From: the human T2T-CHM13v2.0 reference genome, Homo sapiens
DNA: 64,000 nucleotides
Reading direction: 5' to 3' (one strand)
Assembly: GCF_009914755.1 (NCBI RefSeq)
Contig: NC_060941.1
The position numbers and the translations under genes are program-made. A model generated the notes under the pieces. The model saw only the letters and a program-made list of their open reading frames with translations. It was not told where the DNA came from and ran no database searches. Below, piece after piece: positions 55,467-64,000 of this stretch. The first letter of the stretch is position 1. Each line of letters opens with the position of its first letter.

Positions 55467-56017
55467 CAGGGGTTCCCGGCTTTGGCTGCACATCACAGTC
55501 ACCTGGTGATATGGTTTGGCTGTGTCCCCACCCAAACCTTATCTTCAATTGTAGCTTCCACAATTCCCACATGTTGTGGGAGGGACCCGGTGGGAGGTAA
55601 TTAAATCATGAGGGCGGGCCTTTCCCATGCTCTTCTCATGATAGTAAGTCTCATGAGATCTGATGGTTTTATAAAGGAGAGTTTCCCTGCACAAGCTCTC
55701 TTCTCTTGTCTGCCGCCATGTCAGACATGCCTTTCACTTTCTGCCATGATTGTGAGGCCCCTCCAGGCACGTGGAATTGTGAGTCCATTACATCTCTTTT
55801 GTAAATTGCCCAGTCTCCCGTATGTCTTTATCAGCAGCATGAAAATGAACTAATACACCTAGGGAGCTCTAAAAATTACTGGTGCCTTATCCTAGGGTCC
55901 CTCCACCCCCCAACCTCAGAGATTCTGGGGTAGTTAATCCAGGGTATGTTCAAGGCATTGGGGTTTTTTAAAGCTCTCTAGGTGATTCTAATGTGCAGCC
56001 AGGGTGGAGAAACAATG
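55467..56017. mobile_element. MER5A split by a THE1 LTR
   Basis: ttggctgcacatcacagtcacctgg | ...aggtgattctaatgtgcagccagggtggagaa. Confidence 0.75.
55507..55857 (+). mobile_element. THE1 (B/C-like) solo LTR
   Basis: TGATATGGTTTGGCTGTGTCCCCACCCAAA...AACTAATACA; 5-bp TSD cctgg / cctag. Confidence 0.92.
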
Positions 56018-56535
56018 CAACAGAATGAAGAGAACTTCCCCAAAGCCAGAGAACTCTTTGGAAGTGAACCATCAAGGACATGAGGCCAAGTTAGCTTACT
56101 CTGCTAGACTACAGATGCTAGCGACTGTTACAAATTTGAGTGCTGCTTGAGCTAGCTTTCCCTCACAATCTCAAATTGCACACTTTTGGCTTGGCCATCT
56201 GTCTTGAAACCTGTTTCCTTTGTGACAAGAAGAATGGAGCAAAAGGGCCCAGATAACTCATCACACTTCACTTGCAAAGCCAGCCCCTGAAGATTCTTCA
56301 AAGGCAAAAGTTGAGCAAAGGAAGAGCTGCTGCAGCACAGAGCTCCTAAATGAAGAGCAAGCCCTGTTTGGGAGGGTCCACCACAAAGTGGTGATGTGGT
56401 GATCCCCTGGAAATCAGCCAGTTGGGAACACTGGACATTCCAGAGAGCATTCCTCCAGCACAGTGGTCCCGATGGTTCTTGCTCAAGCAGTCCACTGTCA
56501 CCAGACCTCAGAAAACCGTGTCATAAACATTGCAT

Positions 56536-56756
56536 CAGGGGCCAGCAGACTTCTTCTCTACAGGGCCAGATAGTAAATATTTTAGGCTTTGGGGCCACAG
56601 AGTCCTGTTGAAGCTATTCAACTCTGCCACTGTAGTCCAAAAGCAATCACATGCAATATTTCTGCAAATAGGAATGGCTGTGTTCCAACAAATCTTTATT
56701 TACAAAAACAGGCAGCAGGCCGAATTTAAGGCACCCATGTACTTTGCCCACCTCTC
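56536..56756 (+). mobile_element. MER58A hAT transposon
   Basis: agggccagatagtaaatattttaggcttt...ggctgtgttccaacaaatctttatttacaaaaacaggc. Confidence 0.85.
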
Positions 56757-57783
56757 CGCTAAAACACAACTTCCTTACACACACAGGCCATCTCCCATCA
56801 CTTCTTCAAACCCCTGGCACTCGGCACAGTGACTGCAATAGAGCAAGTTCTCAATAAATGCTAAACAAACGAAAGAACGAATGAATAAAAAATGAGCCGA
56901 CTACCCTAAAGGAATATCTATTAAACATCTACCTTTTCCTATAGAGCAACTAATAAGAGTCACTGCAACTTCAGAGCACTTACCCCTGACTATTTAAACT
57001 GAATCTCTAGGCCCTTATTAACCTTCTGCCCATCAATCACATATACTCATTCCCGCCCTCTCCTTCATAGGAACAGGGAAGGATGCCCCCAAACAAAGAG
57101 GAAGATCTTCCCAGGGGAATGCTGTGGCCCTATCAATACAGAGGCCCAGGCCTGCAGGGAAACACAGAAGGGTAGGAGGGGAGGCAGGGGCGCCAGATAC
57201 TCACTCACGCAGTCAGAGTATGAACGTGGGGAGGAAGGGGGAAAGGGATGGGGACAGACAGGGACTGTTTGCAGGGCTCTGGGCAGGCCTCAGAGCCACA
57301 CCACCCCAGATGCTCAACAGAGCAACAGCATACACGTGGGCTCATGCGTCAAGACAAAGGCTGTTACTTCCCATCACGGCACAGAGAAGGTGATGTGTAT
57401 CACTTCCTCCCCCACACTGTGGATAATGACATTGGAAATCTGAAGCATGAAACCGAAAAGAAAAAATACAAAAATAATAATCATCATCCGTCTCCTTCCT
57501 GAGTGTTTTGCTACCCTTTCTTCTTCCTTCCTTCCCCACTTTGTGCCACCCCCTCTTCTTGAAGCAAGACTTTGTCTTCCTCCCAGAGGAATCGGGAGTC
57601 AGGGAGCCTCAAGCCCACAAAAACCACTAGTGTTTGGGGGCTGGGAGTGCCAGGCCAACAGTCAGGCTTGTCTCCCAAAATATGTTCACGGTCTCCTGTC
57701 CATGCCTCATGTGGTTTGAGAATGTTCACCTTTGCCAATGCACAGCGGTTTTCTTGTTGGAAACTGACCATCTGAGGTCTTTA

Positions 57784-58122
<339 letters not shown>

Positions 58123-59168
58123 CTAAGGGTCCCAATACCCCAATTATGAGAGTGTGGAGTGCCAGTGTCTTGTAGCATTGCTATGCAGGAAGCAACACGT
58201 CAGAAGGCAGTGGGTGCCCCATAGCACCTGTGCCATGGACCCGGCAACCACGCTGTGAATAATGGTTAGAGAGGGACCCTCCCCCATGTCCTCTTCAGGC
58301 ACCAGGCCACACTGGGCTTGTCAAATGGGGCATCTGGGGCAGGTAGCTCAAGGTCCTACCAAACCAACCCTGTTACACTGTCTCACCTCTTTGTTGAGTG
58401 CCCACCCAGAAGGCAGCCGTAGCCCTAAGATAGACAAAAGGCACCTCCCTTGTTATTGCGTACCAGTGCAGAACAAGCAAACCTGCAAAGAATAGAACCT
58501 TGGAGGCCCTGGGGCTCCCCAACTCCCTAAATCCTTAAAAAGCAAATTTAAGAGAGGAGCTTCACCGTAGACAACTGTCCCAAAACTTCCAAGGTCAGGC
58601 CTAGGAAGTCAGGCCTGAGTGATGCTGGGGACGGATCTGCTCTTGGTCCAAGCACTCTCTGGCTCTCTCCTTTATCCCTGGGAGGTCACCATCCCAGGGA
58701 GGTCATCTCAGGGTCTTTCATTTCTCCCAGCCTCCTAAAGAGAAAAACCATAGCTCAGAGTGACAGCAATGATCTTTGCAGGAGCCTCCTCAGAGTCCAT
58801 GAGCCTATTCCTTGCATATGGTCTTGTGGTGCTTTGGTTGTGGCCCAGCCCATCTCAGTGTGGTCCAACACCCCTCACATTCCAATTCCATAAAATATCT
58901 CCAAGAAAACATATCAGGCTTCCCTACCTCTCAGGCAGTAAGATGGGAAAAAAAAAAAAAGGTAGCAGCAATTATTAATTTCTCAATCCAGGATCTATAG
59001 AGGATTTAATTATTGAGAAATATTAATAATTGAGAAATTATTAATTTCTCAATCCAGGATCTAAAAGCTAGGATTTCCAAAGACCCTGAATTCAATGACT
59101 GCTCCCTCCCCTGGACTTTCCCTCAATCATATTTACTCTAGAATAAACCTTTCCAGGGGCCCTCCTGA

Positions 59169-59496
<328 letters not shown>

Positions 59497-60409
59497 ATGC
59501 TACAATTTAAGTCCATTTCTTTCCATCCAGCTCTCTTTGGAAATAGAGAACAGCTGGTCACTATCATTCCTCCAGACTCAAGCCATCACTGGAGAGCATC
59601 ATTAACTTCCAACAGTGAGCCAGTTATTTGGAAAAAACATTATGCACCACTTGCTGCACAAAAGCAGACTTAGCCAAAACCTCCTTAATAAAATCATGTC
59701 TTTCATAAGAAACCAGCTCCCTAAGGGATGAAATAATAGATATTAAATTGCCTTTTCACGCCTAGAAGTAAGTTTCTTGATTGGTAAGACTGTCTTTCTC
59801 TTCTGCAGCTTCATGATCCTATTATTCCTTATAAGTGCTTCTTCCTTGATAGAATATGCACTGATACAGAGATTCCTAGTTGGTTCAAGACTTGCCAAAG
59901 AGACACAGCAGACCCACAGCAAATAAAATTAAAATGGTGATCCCCGATGTTTCAGCCACTCCAAATTCATCCAGATGTCTTTTGGGACAATGACTGCCTT
60001 CTCACTCACATGAAAAGGATATTCAACTGCATGCTTAATTTTACCACTGAATCATATCCCTAAGCAGGTGAACTAAAATCCAACTGAAACACTTCACAAT
60101 TACAATGAAAAGATGTTTGCCAACCTGTGCTGCAACTTGTCCCTTTAAACATGCAGAAACAAGAAGCTCTTAATGAACCATCCGTTCCAACGTCCTCATT
60201 TCTCAGCAGAGTCAACTGAGGCCCAGGAAGACCAATGAGCTTGCCCGAGGTCACTCTGCCAAATACTGGCAGCCCCTGACATCTTATCTGGGTTTCATCC
60301 TACCTCCGCCATTATCTAGCAATTTTCAATTCTAAATAAGACATTTACTCTCCCCAGACTTGTTTCTTGTCTGTAAACAAAGGCAGCTGGACCAGACATC
60401 AGCTCAGAG

Positions 60410-60945
<536 letters not shown>

Positions 60946-61772
60946 TCTAATCACCTAAAATCTTTTCCACCCTTTAAGTTATATTACTCTAGGATCCTGA
61001 GAGGGAATAATGACTTTTTTTAATGGTAACCACTCTCCTATTAAGTTCATGCCTCAGGCAAAAAAAAAAAAAGTCAAGGCTAGACACAAGTGCTGATGAG
61101 AGAAAGACAATGATTACTAGAGACTTGGAGAGTAATTTAAGGAGTCAGGAGAAAAATAGGCAAATAAATTCCAAAATGAGACATTAAGAAAAAATGATTA
61201 ACACTTCCAGGGCCCTGCTAATGAGAAAAAACAACTTGCGAAATATATTTTTGCTAAGCATATTTAAAATACACATGTCCTCTGTCCCTGGAATCTCTTA
61301 CAGAAACACCTATTTTGGTGAACAATTATATATTGTATAAATATGTCACTGCAGCATTATATTACAGATGTATTGCAATGTACGCACAACAAATACATAA
61401 ATGTATACAAACCAACTGTAACAGCATGCTACAGTGCTGTGTAGACATCTGTGCAAGGTACAATGGGACCCCGGTCAACTATCTTATAGCCAGTTTTGTC
61501 TTTTTCAAGACATATATTCAAAGCATCTCAGAACTGGGCTGAGGGAGCAAAGCCTTTACGATACCACACAGGATGGCACATTTCACTGACCTGACACTCA
61601 CTACGTGTGCCTAATACAATTTCTCCAAGGATACAGACTCAGGATTGACAGTAGTGACCTAGGAGAAGTAAGGGGAAGAGGCAAGGGGACTTTCTTTTTT
61701 TCTTTTTTTTTTTTTTTTACATCTGAATTTTTCCACATTCTACTCTCTGGCTGATACAACAAATTCTCTAGA

Positions 61773-61960
61773 CCCGGGTTTCTCAGCCTTGGCATGACTG
61801 GCACTTGGGGCTGGAGAGTCCTTTGTAGTTGTGATGCCTCGTGCCCTGTGTGTTGCAGGATGTTAAGTAGCATCCCTGGCCTCTACCCACTAGATACCCA
61901 CGTGGCAAATGTGCTAAATGCCACCTGGAGGGCAACATTGCCCTCGGTTAAGAGTTACTG
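61773..61960 (-). mobile_element. MER20 hAT transposon
   Basis: gtttctcagccttggca...gcaggatgttaagtagcatccctggcctctacccactagat. Confidence 0.8.
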
Positions 61961-62149
61961 CCCCAGCCAATGTGTTGGCCTTATTAAATGTAATTTATTC
62001 CATGATATAAGCACAAGCCACTGTGACTGCCCAGGCCACCTGGGCCATACTGCCTTTCCCTAGTTCAGGGAAACATGTATGAGAATCCACTTTGAGTTGT
62101 TAAAATCCCCTGGGTTTGAGTCCCAACTGTCTCCCATATGATGTTCTGA

Positions 62150-62579
<430 letters not shown>

Positions 62580-62859
62580 TAATCTTTAGAGTCTCTTTCT
62601 TTCTACCGACTACTTTAAAAGTCAGAAGTACAACTATCTGAGCTCCTCATTCGTGATAACACACTGGCCTTGTGATTTTTTTTAAGGAAATTACATCTTA
62701 AATGTTCATGTTTTCATGCTCCCAAATTCATTCTTCATGTCCTGAAAACTTCTTACACTCTATCTGGTTTTGTTGGTTTGTTTCCTTTCTTGTTTTATTT
62801 TGGTTTTTGTCTTTTGCTATGTGAATCTTACAATAGCTTCTGATCTAAAAGAGTAACCT

Positions 62860-63172
<313 letters not shown>

Positions 63173-63270
63173 CTAGGTGCCCCATCACTCATTTGTAAGT
63201 TGACATTTAAAACATTTTTGTCTCCAGTTTAAATAGTTGCAGAAGATATCATTTTAGGCATGTAAATATG

Positions 63271-63346
63271 CAGACAGATAGATCAGATATAGATAGATAG
63301 GTAGGTAGGTAAGTAAGGAGGTAGGTAGGTAGCTAGGTAGATAGAT
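63271..63346. repeat. (AGAT)n/(AGGT)n compound tetranucleotide repeat
   Basis: Seen directly in the sequence. Confidence 0.85.
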
Positions 63347-63373
63347 TTGTTTAAATAAAACTGTTTCATTAGT

Positions 63374-63699
<326 letters not shown>

Positions 63700-64000
63700 T
63701 ATCTCATCAGTCTTTTAAGTGAATCCAGTAGGTCCTAAATAGAATAGAGATTTTATTCCCATCATTATCCACTTAAAAACAGAATACATAAACAAGCCTA
63801 TGTTTCTTTGTTTGATGCACTTTTGTTTGCATGTTACATTTTACACACACACACACACAAATGCACCATAAGCAAACTCTTTTTCAAAAGCCAAAAAATT
63901 TACATCATTGCTTTTTCTGCTTGACTTGTATTTCAATTCTATTTCACCACAGAATATATCCTAAAGCAACTTATATTTATACTAGAAAATCTATTGATTT

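Noticed and set aside
61920-61935. CTCF-like motif in MER20 (gccacctggagggca)
   Set aside because: Spacing is one base off the core consensus; cannot be supported from sequence alone.

Overview
Human (primate) genomic DNA, almost entirely intronic and repeat-dense. The only real coding sequence is one 159-bp internal exon of the zinc transporter gene SLC39A11 (ZIP11) on the minus strand (15455-15613); the rest is its flanking introns. Nested in the upstream intron are a full-length ATG12 processed pseudogene (one premature stop, 17-bp target-site duplication (TSD), inserted into an MLT1 LTR) and a decayed ERV1 (MER57-like) provirus with a 5' LTR, primer-binding site (PBS) and integrase remnants. 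The window also holds about 55 Alus, L1/L2/MIR fragments, MaLR LTRs and hAT DNA transposons. I see no evidence of a new multi-gene system. The best leads are small: a near-intact ATG12 retrocopy with an upstream RFX box, a templated insertion copied from about 3.5 kb away, template-switch scars, a probable Alu-recombination deletion of the ERV 3' half, and a triple-hairpin unique segment. Repeat subfamily calls and reference sequences are from memory; repeat boundaries are approximate unless a TSD is quoted.
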